Below are positions 12,614-22,621 of a stretch of DNA of 64,000 nucleotides, in pieces. The position numbers and the translations under genes are program-made. The stretch is from sequence record MT612989.1; one strand, written 5' to 3'. Under the pieces are notes generated by a model. It was given only the letters and a program-made list of their open reading frames with translations. It was not told the DNA's origin and did not search any database. The first letter of the stretch is position 1; each line of letters begins with the position of its first letter.

Positions 12614-14148
12614 TTAACTCGTCTCCAAATGTAAACTGGGTAGTATGGCATCATATTCTCATGCGGCTCATTACCACCAACTGCTTCGTTGTAATACATG
12701 TAATTATCACGATCAGTAGATTTCGAACCGGGATTATTACGCGAACCTGTTATACCGAATCTCCAGTAACTGACAGTATTATATTCATCACACGTATATG
12801 TTACACCATACGGGCTTCGATGAGTTTCGTAGCGAATACACCCCTCGCGTGAGCCTGTATATGCTTCACCCCAACCTGCGTGTTGGTGTTGTGGTAAATT
12901 ACTCTCGTATAACTGAACACGGTCGATGTCACTGAACGAACCCGCTGCGTAATATCTGCGAGTGAACCCATCATCACCGATACCCTGCCCCATCATAGTT
13001 CGACCTGCTCTCATCTTATACCATACGCCACCGAAAATCTCATTCGGGTCAACTGATGAAGTACAGTGAAAAATACTACCCACAGGGCGCCCTTCGAGAC
13101 CGATCTTCGCGTCTAATTGGTTGTTTGGGAACATTTCTCTCTGCTCTCGCACAGTTGTGTAATATGTTCCACCATAGCTGCTCTGCTTTTGACGAGAAAT
13201 GATGTTTGTGTAAATGTTGTCGCACTTCAAAACACCAGTAATTGTACCACCGTCTGGGCCCAATAGTGTATTCAAATCAACACCAAGTGCAGCACTTGTG
13301 GCTTTCGTTGAGTCGTTTACATACGAGCTTGGTAGTTCAAAGAACCCGTGCTTAGTCGGTGTCGCTATTAGATTGTCAATTGTACCGGGAGTTATAGCAT
13401 ATTCATCTGAATCGCTTGCATTACGGTCATAGTTGTTCTGTGTTAATTTGAATGCACCACGCTTAGATGTCGTCGCTTTAACGTAATTAAGACCTTTAAC
13501 TGTAATTGCAATCGAACCGTCTGATTTATACCCGTCTCGTTCTGCTACAGTACGAAGCACGCCCGTGTATGTTTCTGTCGCTTGAGCCCAAGGGTTTGGT
13601 ATCTCTGCTTTAATTAAGTTCCACGTTCTAAGTGGAGAAATGAATCGATCAGGGTTATATGCTAAAGTTTCGCTTAGATTTGCAAACTCAGCAAAACCTT
13701 GTGATTCGTTTGTTGTGTCATCTGCTAGTGCATTACGAGTCGTCATCATTTCATTTAGACGGCGATATGACAGCAAACGACTTGCATCTGATGACGAATA
13801 TGTTCTTGTCAAATCAGTATTACGCAATTCTTGTAGATTACCTAACTGAGTACTGGTTGCTGGTGACACGAACTGATCAACCCCGTCTAGTGACGCTGGT
13901 GTGATTACAGTTAATAAGTCGTCAAGTGCATTAGCTTCTGTTTGAGTTGCGTACTCAACAATACCAGCCTCAGTCGTTGTCGCATACGGAAGTGACGGAA
14001 GTGGTGCTAATGCGCTATCGTCAAATAGCTCCATTATACTCTGCACATCACCGCCTGACTCAAACGCTGAACCAGGCGATGTGAAGGGCTGTAGGTAAAC
14101 ATATTGCGCTGCATCACTAGCGTGCGTGAATATGTTTGTTCCTGACAT
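12610..14148 (-). CDS. gp12: Short tail fibre, paralogue 1
   Basis: FTHASDAAQYV N-terminus, ATTTEAGIVEYAT repeats, RPVGSIF collar, HQH and HENMMPY tip. Confidence 0.8.
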   Translation of the reverse strand: MSGTNIFTHASDAAQYVYLQPFTSPGSAFESGGDVQSIMELFDDSALAPLPSLPYATTTEAGIVEYATQTEANALDDLLTVITPASLDGVDQFVSPATSTQLGNLQELRNTDLTRTYSSSDASRLLSYRRLNEMMTTRNALADDTTNESQGFAEFANLSETLAYNPDRFISPLRTWNLIKAEIPNPWAQATETYTGVLRTVAERDGYKSDGSIAITVKGLNYVKATTSKRGAFKLTQNNYDRNASDSDEYAITPGTIDNLIATPTKHGFFELPSSYVNDSTKATSAALGVDLNTLLGPDGGTITGVLKCDNIYTNIISRQKQSSYGGTYYTTVREQREMFPNNQLDAKIGLEGRPVGSIFHCTSSVDPNEIFGGVWYKMRAGRTMMGQGIGDDGFTRRYYAAGSFSDIDRVQLYESNLPQHQHAGWGEAYTGSREGCIRYETHRSPYGVTYTCDEYNTVSYWRFGITGSRNNPGSKSTDRDNYMYYNEAVGGNEPHENMMPYYPVYIWRRVK

Positions 14149-14834
14149 TATGCAATCCTTCTGTAATAATACACAGGGTCTGTGAATGTAGTTGAATCAG
14201 TGTGATATAATTCCCACTCGCCGTAACCAAGACTCGTCTGACCGTCTGATGTACCCGTGACAACGCTTTTCGCTTGAATCCCAGTTGGTGCCCCTAAAGG
14301 GTCTAGAATGTCTGCAAACGTCGCTGTGTACGCTGTATTGTGCGGTCTTGAGCTTCGGTGCTTCAAAAGAAACGTATTTGATGGTGGTACATGATCTGTC
14401 GGAACCATGTCAAACAGATCTGATTCTAGTAACGCAGTGAACACTTTCTCTGCAATATCGTTATCAGAATCGCCTACTTCTAGTTGAACAGGAACACCGT
14501 ATAGCGTTATGTATTCAACTCCCGATGTACCGTTGTACGTAATCGTTTCATTAAATTGATTTGTGTTGAATGGGTTCGAAGCGTCAGTTGAAGCAATGAT
14601 TGTCCCTACTGGCATAATTGCTGCCATAGCAAGCTGCATAATCGCAGCTTGCACGTTTGGGTCCCACGCACCGTCTTGAATCTCATCGACTGTCGAATCG
14701 CCCAATACCGCACCGCGGAAATTGAAGCGATCACCCGGGAATAATCCCGAGTCGCTAATCGCATCTTGATCGAAAACTTTCATGCGTGAGTCATTACTCC
14801 ACACTTGTGACGCATGTCTTGCTTTAGTCGTCAT
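14148..14834 (-). CDS. gp11: Baseplate wedge/short-fibre connector
   Basis: Between 10 and 12; MPVGTII collar motif, GYGEWELY, YYYRRIA; ATG overlaps gp10 stop. Confidence 0.8.
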   Translation of the reverse strand: MTTKARHASQVWSNDSRMKVFDQDAISDSGLFPGDRFNFRGAVLGDSTVDEIQDGAWDPNVQAAIMQLAMAAIMPVGTIIASTDASNPFNTNQFNETITYNGTSGVEYITLYGVPVQLEVGDSDNDIAEKVFTALLESDLFDMVPTDHVPPSNTFLLKHRSSRPHNTAYTATFADILDPLGAPTGIQAKSVVTGTSDGQTSLGYGEWELYHTDSTTFTDPVYYYRRIA

Positions 14835-17080
14835 TATGCAGTCCTTATCCAAGTGTATGCAGTGATATATGGCTGAGTTACGTCAACCGCCTGAGCCACC
14901 TGACCATGATTGACCTTGATTGGCTCTTCTTTGTAGTAAGCTAGTGGCGTAGTGTTTTCAGGGTCGCCTAAACAACCATTCAAGTTAATGTCACCGCCTG
15001 AAGTAGCTGAACGTGCAACTAAGCTGTATTGTTCTGTGATGTTGTTAATATCACGCGAAGAATCATTCGCGTAATCTGGGTTTGTTGTACTGATTAGCTC
15101 AGGGATATTCTCTTGAGTAAGAGTCACACCAATTGAACCACCCGTACCACCTGCTTGAACGATATTTTCATTGTTATTGTTTCGGTGGAACTTACCGTCG
15201 TCATTTGGGTTCCAACCCACGACTGTACGCCCCTCTGCATATCGAACCCATGTACCAAAGCCCATGTAATCGGCTGGGTTATTCGGGTTGTTTGCATTTG
15301 TGTATACCGAACCAATAGGGAAGATACTTTCAAACAGTGATGTCAGCGTACCGCCCGGTGCAAACGTCTCAGGGTCTGGCAGAACTTCAGTTACTGCCGC
15401 TGATGGGTTTTGCGGGTCGGTGTACATGATCTTATTTGAGCGTCGTACGTCTGCCCAGTCGTCACGTGAAACGAAAATCTCACGGGTTCTTTGTTGCAAG
15501 TTATCGTCGCCGTCATCCCACGTAAGCAATGTACCTATCACGTTGTCATACCAACGAACTGTTACAATGTCGCTATCGATTAACGGGTCAGCGAAAACAA
15601 TCGTATTCCAACGACCTTCCGAGTCTTGAATATAATCGTAATCATACTCACCGCCTGCTAGACTATCACCATTACCTGCTGTATTCGACTTGGTTAACTG
15701 AGAACCATTGACTAATACTTCTAGTGTTTCGGTGTTAAACTGCGTATAATCAGGAAGACCGAAATCACTCAACGTGATTTGCATGTCAGGTACGAAATCT
15801 TTACGTACGATTTGTCCCGGTGATTCGTCTACCGCGTAGTTGTTTTGGTCGATTACTTTAATTGATTTTAAAACGTAGCTACTACGGAAGCTCGACACGT
15901 CACTCAAGTATGTAATAAACGCAATTGGGTCAGCGTCATTTGCAGCCAAACGCAAACGAATCGTTCTACCGTCAAGCGGAGCTAGATCATCGTTTGTCAA
16001 CTGTCTCCAACGAGAATCAGCCGTTAGATCTGTATATCCCGATGCTGATGTATGTGAAATCAAACATTCAAATGTCTGAGAGTAACCATTGTGGTCTTGA
16101 GTTACGATATCACCAACTGCATATGCAGTACTACCCGCGTGGTCTACATACTCTGGAAAATCTGCGAATTCAGCCCATTTAGACTCTTCCCATGCGCCGA
16201 TGCTGTTGTGTTCTTCTAGACATTGCCAGATGCGGTCATCACGACCTGTAACAGCGTCACCTCGTACTAAATCACCAACGTGATATGTTTCTGGGTTGTT
16301 TGATACCCATGCTTCAACAGTGTGAAGCGGGATTGAACCATAGTCGCTGAAGTCGCTAAGTTCGTCACCGAAGTATAACAAGTTACCACGACGATACACT
16401 TCTACCGCAGCTTGATTGTATAACCCGCCATTTAATTCAAGTGATACGTTGAAGTCACGCTGATCTTGTCGTGCGATGATTGCTCGACGTAGAACACTAG
16501 GGATGTCACCGAATGTCAAACCGTTTACGTATTTCTGTGCAACATATTCCCAATGACGTGGTGGGGTGAATACAAGCTCAAGATCTTGATATGCATTCCC
16601 GAATTCCGCGCCAGAACCTAAGTCGTTTTGAGTTGAACCTGCGACACGTTTTATCGAGTCTTTAGGGTCTGGGTATACTGTTACAAGCTGCTTAGACCAT
16701 GTGCCTTTAACGTCACGTAAACGAATCGCTTTACCGTAGTCTGCTTCTTCAACACCACTCGGTAGATATACATCAACTGGACCCAGTGACGTATCGATAG
16801 TCCATGATTCACCAAAACTTACGCGCAATTCAGGTCCCTGACCATCGCCGTTCTCGTCGAAATACAGTTCAGCGTTAGCAGGGTTGTACGATGTATCACC
16901 GTTTAGATATGTAGATGCAAATTTCCAATTGCGCCAAGCACCGGCAGCATATAATCTGCTACCGTCGCCTAATTGACTGTATATTTCGTCGAAGTTGTCA
17001 CGGGTCTTAATGCCACCTACTCTTAGGTAATCACCAGTACCGTCATCAACAATTTGTCCGACGTTGATCGTCTGTTTCAT
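14834..17080 (-). CDS. gp10: Baseplate wedge subunit and tail pin
   Basis: MKQTINVGQIVDDGTGDYLRVGG, FPIGSVYTNANNPNNPADYMGFGTW, QPYITAYTWIRTA. Confidence 0.93.
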   Translation of the reverse strand: MKQTINVGQIVDDGTGDYLRVGGIKTRDNFDEIYSQLGDGSRLYAAGAWRNWKFASTYLNGDTSYNPANAELYFDENGDGQGPELRVSFGESWTIDTSLGPVDVYLPSGVEEADYGKAIRLRDVKGTWSKQLVTVYPDPKDSIKRVAGSTQNDLGSGAEFGNAYQDLELVFTPPRHWEYVAQKYVNGLTFGDIPSVLRRAIIARQDQRDFNVSLELNGGLYNQAAVEVYRRGNLLYFGDELSDFSDYGSIPLHTVEAWVSNNPETYHVGDLVRGDAVTGRDDRIWQCLEEHNSIGAWEESKWAEFADFPEYVDHAGSTAYAVGDIVTQDHNGYSQTFECLISHTSASGYTDLTADSRWRQLTNDDLAPLDGRTIRLRLAANDADPIAFITYLSDVSSFRSSYVLKSIKVIDQNNYAVDESPGQIVRKDFVPDMQITLSDFGLPDYTQFNTETLEVLVNGSQLTKSNTAGNGDSLAGGEYDYDYIQDSEGRWNTIVFADPLIDSDIVTVRWYDNVIGTLLTWDDGDDNLQQRTREIFVSRDDWADVRRSNKIMYTDPQNPSAAVTEVLPDPETFAPGGTLTSLFESIFPIGSVYTNANNPNNPADYMGFGTWVRYAEGRTVVGWNPNDDGKFHRNNNNENIVQAGGTGGSIGVTLTQENIPELISTTNPDYANDSSRDINNITEQYSLVARSATSGGDINLNGCLGDPENTTPLAYYKEEPIKVNHGQVAQAVDVTQPYITAYTWIRTA

Positions 17081-17089
17081 TATTGTCCC

Positions 17090-18046
17090 TTACGATAGTC
17101 TGATTGTTTCGATAGATTTGATAGCAATTGAAACATTGTCGTCGTTTGATGTAATATCAAGAACGATGTTGCCAGCGTCAACTCGCGGTTCAATCAGAAT
17201 CAAGTTACCAAAATCTTTGTCTGTATTGATTACTGAGTATTCATCAATATAAACGTCTGTTATGTTATTTAGCAGCAACAATTCCGATGACATGCGTCGA
17301 GTAACAGCACCACCCTGTAGAGGGTCGCTATTCTCTGCATAAACCATCAATTTACATGCTGCATACGATTGAATATCGAATAGCGGCATCGTAACTGTCA
17401 CTGTGTCTGGAATTGAGTAAATCGTGTCATTAACTGGCGCACCGAAGTCACCGGCAATCGGGTTGATTTTGACACCCCACTGCGGCGTTCCTGCTAATCC
17501 CGTACCATCGTCAATGACAGTACATATGATATGACAGCGATTTGTACGAACAATTTGAGTTCCGTTAAGTTCTGGGGCACCTACAATAGCGTCTCCTGAT
17601 GATGGTGCTAGTACAATCGGGTTTGTATCTAATGTTGCTGTTGTGTTCTGAAACTCTATTCGCTCACCGCGTTTTGCCATCCCTGCTGTCGTGCCAATCT
17701 TCGGTAAATTCAACGTCATCGATGCACCGCCGCCTAATGATGACGTGTCGATGTCATATTTACCACCTGTTACGATTGATGTCAGTAAGTTTGTATTGTT
17801 CGGACCACCCGAACCGCCCGCAGTAGAACTCGGTGGAATTCTCTGCCAATAACCACCTGCATGAGGTCTAGGTGCGATGTCATTATATGCAGGGATATAG
17901 TTTTCACCTGCATCGGTTAGCTCAAAGTCTGCATTAATATGGTAAAACTCATCTGAGTTATCACGCAGCTTATTACCACCATTGTGAATTGTATCACCAG
18001 TACCGACCGAACCCGCCGTACCAGTTTCTAATCTATTACGTCCCAT
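17090..18046 (-). CDS. gp9: Baseplate wedge tail-fibre connector
   Basis: GTGDTIHNGGNKL N-terminus, PHAGGYWQ; between 8 and 10. Confidence 0.85.
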   Translation of the reverse strand: MGRNRLETGTAGSVGTGDTIHNGGNKLRDNSDEFYHINADFELTDAGENYIPAYNDIAPRPHAGGYWQRIPPSSTAGGSGGPNNTNLLTSIVTGGKYDIDTSSLGGGASMTLNLPKIGTTAGMAKRGERIEFQNTTATLDTNPIVLAPSSGDAIVGAPELNGTQIVRTNRCHIICTVIDDGTGLAGTPQWGVKINPIAGDFGAPVNDTIYSIPDTVTVTMPLFDIQSYAACKLMVYAENSDPLQGGAVTRRMSSELLLLNNITDVYIDEYSVINTDKDFGNLILIEPRVDAGNIVLDITSNDDNVSIAIKSIETIRLS

Positions 18047-18060
18047 TTCTTTCTCCAAGG

Positions 18061-18078
18061 AAGGCGCATTTGCGCCTT
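18061..18078. terminator. Hairpin between genes 8 and 9
   Basis: AAGGCGC ATTT GCGCCTT. Confidence 0.5.
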
Positions 18079-18099
18079 ATGAGTTATTTACTGTATTTA

Positions 18100-19131
18100 T
18101 TAGAAGTTGTAGATCAGATTGAATTCTTCTACTTGATCTAATGTTTTACGAATCGGCTGACGGTTTTCCATGTAGATGATTTGACCTGTTCCTGCTTGTA
18201 TCTCATGCGGGTCGTATCTAACTTCAGTCGCTTTCGTGTCTTCGGTATCACCGTCTTGACGAATCAATAATGGGTTCTGAACAAGTGAAATCTGACGATA
18301 CCCGTTATTCCCGGGACCGAATAAGTGAATAAAGTCAGAGCCTGCTAATTTAGCTCGGAATCGTAACTGAACTGCACCTACGTTGAAAATAGTTTCGTCG
18401 TAGTTCTCGTTGAATACGATATTCTGATCAAGACCCCACGCAACTCGATTTTCGATGATGTCGTTAGGGAACGGACAAACGATGTATTCTTTTGTCACGT
18501 TCGTTAAGACTTCATTCGGCGGGATAGTGTATAGATATTCCCATACGTAACCGTCACCTGTTTCAATCGCATTCCCTGTACCATGAGGGATATTCTCTTG
18601 GTTACCGGGTGATGACGGTGCATTCCATTCACCCCCAACTGCTACACAATCATTTTTATTTGTGACTGTTGATATTGAACATGTACCACGAATGTTTGTG
18701 TTATTCGGGTCAGTCTCTGGAATATCGACACATCGATAAACCATATAGCCGTTCAATGCGCTCGGGTGACTGTTGATTGACATCGTATTAACTGTCACGA
18801 TATCGCCAAATGTGAAACGAAGTGAATCGTTTAGGTCAGGGTCGCCCCAGTCCTTGCGAGGAAGAACAGGGCGAAGCTGTGATTTCGGAATCTTAATCAG
18901 ACCTAGCGCACGCGCCCAAACGTCTGCTTTCCCATCTGGGCTATCGTTTGGGTAAGGCGGCGCGAAGTTTATTTCATCTTCGCGGTCTGACCAAGGCTCG
19001 TTACGACCGAACATAAGGTAAATTGTGTTCTTGTCGTCGTCATCACCTACGTTTTCGTAGAAGTTCATCAAGTTATTAACTCGATACTCTGTTGTGATTG
19101 TTGATCTGTAAATTTTTGCCACTTTATTCAC
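18100..19131 (-). CDS. gp8: Baseplate wedge subunit
   Basis: IYRSTITTEYR, FGRNEPW, PRKDWGD, GDGYVWEYLYTIPP, IIYMENRQPI. Confidence 0.93.
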   Translation of the reverse strand: MNKVAKIYRSTITTEYRVNNLMNFYENVGDDDDKNTIYLMFGRNEPWSDREDEINFAPPYPNDSPDGKADVWARALGLIKIPKSQLRPVLPRKDWGDPDLNDSLRFTFGDIVTVNTMSINSHPSALNGYMVYRCVDIPETDPNNTNIRGTCSISTVTNKNDCVAVGGEWNAPSSPGNQENIPHGTGNAIETGDGYVWEYLYTIPPNEVLTNVTKEYIVCPFPNDIIENRVAWGLDQNIVFNENYDETIFNVGAVQLRFRAKLAGSDFIHLFGPGNNGYRQISLVQNPLLIRQDGDTEDTKATEVRYDPHEIQAGTGQIIYMENRQPIRKTLDQVEEFNLIYNF

Positions 19132-22100
19132 CTATTTGTTTTTGAGTCGGCGTTACTGGGTCATATGGGTTGCCAACGTTGTCTTTCAATCTGTAATCAG
19201 AATCTTCGTACATATCTGAAATACTCGTCGATGCTGCTGACCAGTCAAACATAAATGCAGGAGTTCGTTCGTATGCTGTCATTCCCCAATATACCGACCC
19301 GTTTGCGTCTGCTGATTGAACTTTCGCAGTTGGGTTGTAATTGGGATTCAGAACACGTTTCTTACCGCCCCATTCATCGTTGATATCACCCGTGTCTGTT
19401 TCTATATATCGTTGCTCGTCGATAGCTGAATACTCATCTAAAGCAATCACACGATCATTAGCCCAGTAGTTGTTGTAGTCGATGATTGTAATACCCTGTG
19501 TATTAGTCAATCGATCTTGAATCGCATGATCAAGCGGGTCTTCTAGTGCTAACGGGTGTGGCTTCAATTGAAGTTCACCGAACGAGTTGTAAATTCTATC
19601 GTCGTTACCATCAAGCAATGAAGTTTCTTCAGTGAAGTTATTCCCTATACCGTTGTCATAGCGAATCAATCTGTATGAATCTACAATCGTTTCGTGGTGG
19701 TTGACTGAGATACCGTGATTGATCAATACTGTCAGCAACGTAATACCTAAGAACCCAAACCCAATTGGGTGTACAAATCGAATTACATCATCTTTGTACT
19801 GACTAAGCTGAATCTCAGAACGAATCTTCATAACGTAGTATGATTTGCTTCGATCAAGAAATTCATTTGAATCGTAGTCGATTCGTTCACCTTGTACGCG
19901 AGTAATCGCAGTTGCAGTGAATTCCAGACCGTCGATTTCTAACGTGTCGCCGATGTTCAACTCACCGATTAAGTTGTTCAAAGTCAATTTCCAGTAACGT
20001 TTACCTTCAATGTAATGACGGTCAACATATGTCACGTCTGCGTTGCCTGTATCTGAATAAATTCTACGACCTACCACATCATCGGTTACGTCATTTGAGT
20101 TAACAACGATTGAATATTCAAACGTGTTAAGCGATTCTATTTCAACTTCAACATCTTCGTTGTACAGTAACTTGAACAAGAACTTGTATGAGTCTAAAAT
20201 ACCTTTAGTGCTGTAAAAATCTGCACGTCGTGCCAAGAAAAATTTAACAACTGCATCACGTTTCTCTGGCTCTAGAATACGATTTCGCTCGTATACTAAT
20301 TTGTGTAGATACTCAGTGTAATGGTCGTCAAGTGGGTTTTTGCTGTTAAGCAAGTTATACACGTTATTATAAGCCGTACCATCACCTTTACTGATGAAAT
20401 CTAAGTAGTGCTTTGCAAAACTCTTGTAAAACCCGTCTGCATCGAGATAATTCTCTGGCATCATCTTGTAAATCAATGGTGTCAGAGTCGGGTCGAGCAT
20501 ACTTGTTGGGTCTTCTTCAGGCGGCTCGATAATTACTGGAGAATAATTAGACAAACTAGCCGTGATTACACGACGCTCAGGCGACCAGCGAATTGGCGCT
20601 GTGATATCAACGCGGTATGGAAACTTGTAGTAACCTATTACCTTGTTGTCGTTCGCGCTGTGAATGATCGCACCTGCTGCATAACCATTAAACCCGAAAA
20701 TCGATAGATTAGGAGCTTCCAGTTTGTATTCACCTTCGTCAAATGTCTCTTTCCATTTATATTCGTCTAGATCTTCAAAATCGCTTCTGAAAATTGACTC
20801 TTTCTTGTAGTACATGATTTCATTTGCCCAAGATTTCCAATCACGTGTTTCAGCACGCTGCATCCAGTTGAAATGCGCGGATCCGTAATAATCTTGCGGC
20901 TTGTAGTACCAATCATCACCGTCTTTCGTCGCGATAATCTGTGTCATCGGCTTAACGTATGTTGTAAAGAACGGTTTAGTGAACATACGAACAGCTTCGT
21001 CAACTTCATCGTTGTCTGAAACTAGATACGGGTCATCTATTGTACCGTAGTTATCACCCGCAGTTGAGTGGAAATTACCAGGTGCACCGCTAGACTCTTG
21101 ACGATTGTCGTAAGCTGGGTTGCCTTCTTCACCGTAGTTCTTTGTTAGATCGTGACCTACAATCAAATGAGTGTTGTCACGTGAAATAACTGAACGTTCG
21201 TTTAGAAGTTCGCGTTCTTCTTCAATGTTTCCGTATACACGTTCCCATGTCAAGCCAGTGTAACCAATAACGATACCATCTCTCAATGTCGCTGTGCGAT
21301 TTAGTCGATAAACACCGCGAATCTCATTCGGGTCAGATGTACCGATTCGTTTACCGTTCTCGTCATGCTCCCACTCACCTATGACTAGCGCGAACATATT
21401 TCCGTCTTGATAATCGAGACCTTGCTCTGGGTCGTCGAAGTACTGAATTTTCTTAACACACACATCTGCTGTGTTTTCATCAAAATTAGGTCGACTCGCG
21501 TCGTTTTTCACAATCTTATCTTCAAAGTAAACAGGTTCGTTGTTTAATTCGCCCGTTGTTTCGAAAATACGTTCGCCATATAGTTCTGATAATACGTTAT
21601 CGAAAATTCGCGGGATTCTGTTGTTATGCCACACGTAGGTGTTTGCGTATGTTACAACGGACATTACATCATCAACGCCGAAAGCGTCTGCTTTGTTACG
21701 CACTTGTGGTGGTAATATAGCCAAATCTTTGAAACGCTCAACATCGAACCCAAACCCTAAGTCGAAGTCTAGTTTATCGAACGTCAAATCAACCGATGCA
21801 TGTGAATATTCAAGCCCATTATCGTGCGAGTAATCAACGTCATTCGATTGTACGCCTTGAATAAGGTAATCATACCCTAGTAGGTAACTAAATGCGTTAG
21901 ACTGCTTACAGATGCAATCATAGACTGGGTTCCCTAGTCTTGAGTTCGTTGCTTTATATGTCTGCCATGTTCTACCGCCGTCGTTAGACACTTTACAAAC
22001 TTGTTGCCAGCGTTCGAACGCATATATAACATCGTCTATAACAACAGGGATTACGCGATCAACGTTCTGACATACAGTTGGGACTTTGCCATAATTTGCA

Positions 22101-22621
22101 CTAAAACCGGGATTTGTAACAAACCAATATGCCGCTGATTCGACGTTAAACATATTAGGGTCAAATTCAAAACCTGGTCGCACTAGGGTAGCTTGTAGGT
22201 TGTTGCGACTGTTTAGGTATTGGTCGTTGTCGTTATTCAAACGCTCTTCAATGAATGAAGATGCGGGAATGAATTCGTCTTGAGTCGTGATGTCGTAATC
22301 GTTTGTGTCCGACGTATACCCGATATCAGATGTAACCCACTCACTCGGTTCAAAACCCTTGTAAACAGAACGAATTCTCCATTGATAATAACGAACAGAA
22401 CTGTTAATATTCGTAAACAACCTCGTTTCGCTAGTAAACGGGTTAGGGTATAACGCTGTGAAACTTTGTGTTAGAAGAATTTCTGCACTAACAGCCGAAC
22501 GAACATGAATCTCGTAGCGAAAGTTTTCGCCCACGGTTGACCATGAAAGTTCCGCATAGTTTCGCGTCAATTTGTCAATAGACACCCCCATAATTGGAGG
22601 TGCTTGTAATACGTTTGCCAT
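19124..22621 (-). CDS. gp7: Baseplate wedge initiator
   Basis: 1165 aa; DFYSTKGILDSYKFLFKLLYNEDVEVE, RFVHPIGFGF. Confidence 0.9.
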   Translation of the reverse strand: MANVLQAPPIMGVSIDKLTRNYAELSWSTVGENFRYEIHVRSAVSAEILLTQSFTALYPNPFTSETRLFTNINSSVRYYQWRIRSVYKGFEPSEWVTSDIGYTSDTNDYDITTQDEFIPASSFIEERLNNDNDQYLNSRNNLQATLVRPGFEFDPNMFNVESAAYWFVTNPGFSANYGKVPTVCQNVDRVIPVVIDDVIYAFERWQQVCKVSNDGGRTWQTYKATNSRLGNPVYDCICKQSNAFSYLLGYDYLIQGVQSNDVDYSHDNGLEYSHASVDLTFDKLDFDLGFGFDVERFKDLAILPPQVRNKADAFGVDDVMSVVTYANTYVWHNNRIPRIFDNVLSELYGERIFETTGELNNEPVYFEDKIVKNDASRPNFDENTADVCVKKIQYFDDPEQGLDYQDGNMFALVIGEWEHDENGKRIGTSDPNEIRGVYRLNRTATLRDGIVIGYTGLTWERVYGNIEEERELLNERSVISRDNTHLIVGHDLTKNYGEEGNPAYDNRQESSGAPGNFHSTAGDNYGTIDDPYLVSDNDEVDEAVRMFTKPFFTTYVKPMTQIIATKDGDDWYYKPQDYYGSAHFNWMQRAETRDWKSWANEIMYYKKESIFRSDFEDLDEYKWKETFDEGEYKLEAPNLSIFGFNGYAAGAIIHSANDNKVIGYYKFPYRVDITAPIRWSPERRVITASLSNYSPVIIEPPEEDPTSMLDPTLTPLIYKMMPENYLDADGFYKSFAKHYLDFISKGDGTAYNNVYNLLNSKNPLDDHYTEYLHKLVYERNRILEPEKRDAVVKFFLARRADFYSTKGILDSYKFLFKLLYNEDVEVEIESLNTFEYSIVVNSNDVTDDVVGRRIYSDTGNADVTYVDRHYIEGKRYWKLTLNNLIGELNIGDTLEIDGLEFTATAITRVQGERIDYDSNEFLDRSKSYYVMKIRSEIQLSQYKDDVIRFVHPIGFGFLGITLLTVLINHGISVNHHETIVDSYRLIRYDNGIGNNFTEETSLLDGNDDRIYNSFGELQLKPHPLALEDPLDHAIQDRLTNTQGITIIDYNNYWANDRVIALDEYSAIDEQRYIETDTGDINDEWGGKKRVLNPNYNPTAKVQSADANGSVYWGMTAYERTPAFMFDWSAASTSISDMYEDSDYRLKDNVGNPYDPVTPTQKQIGE

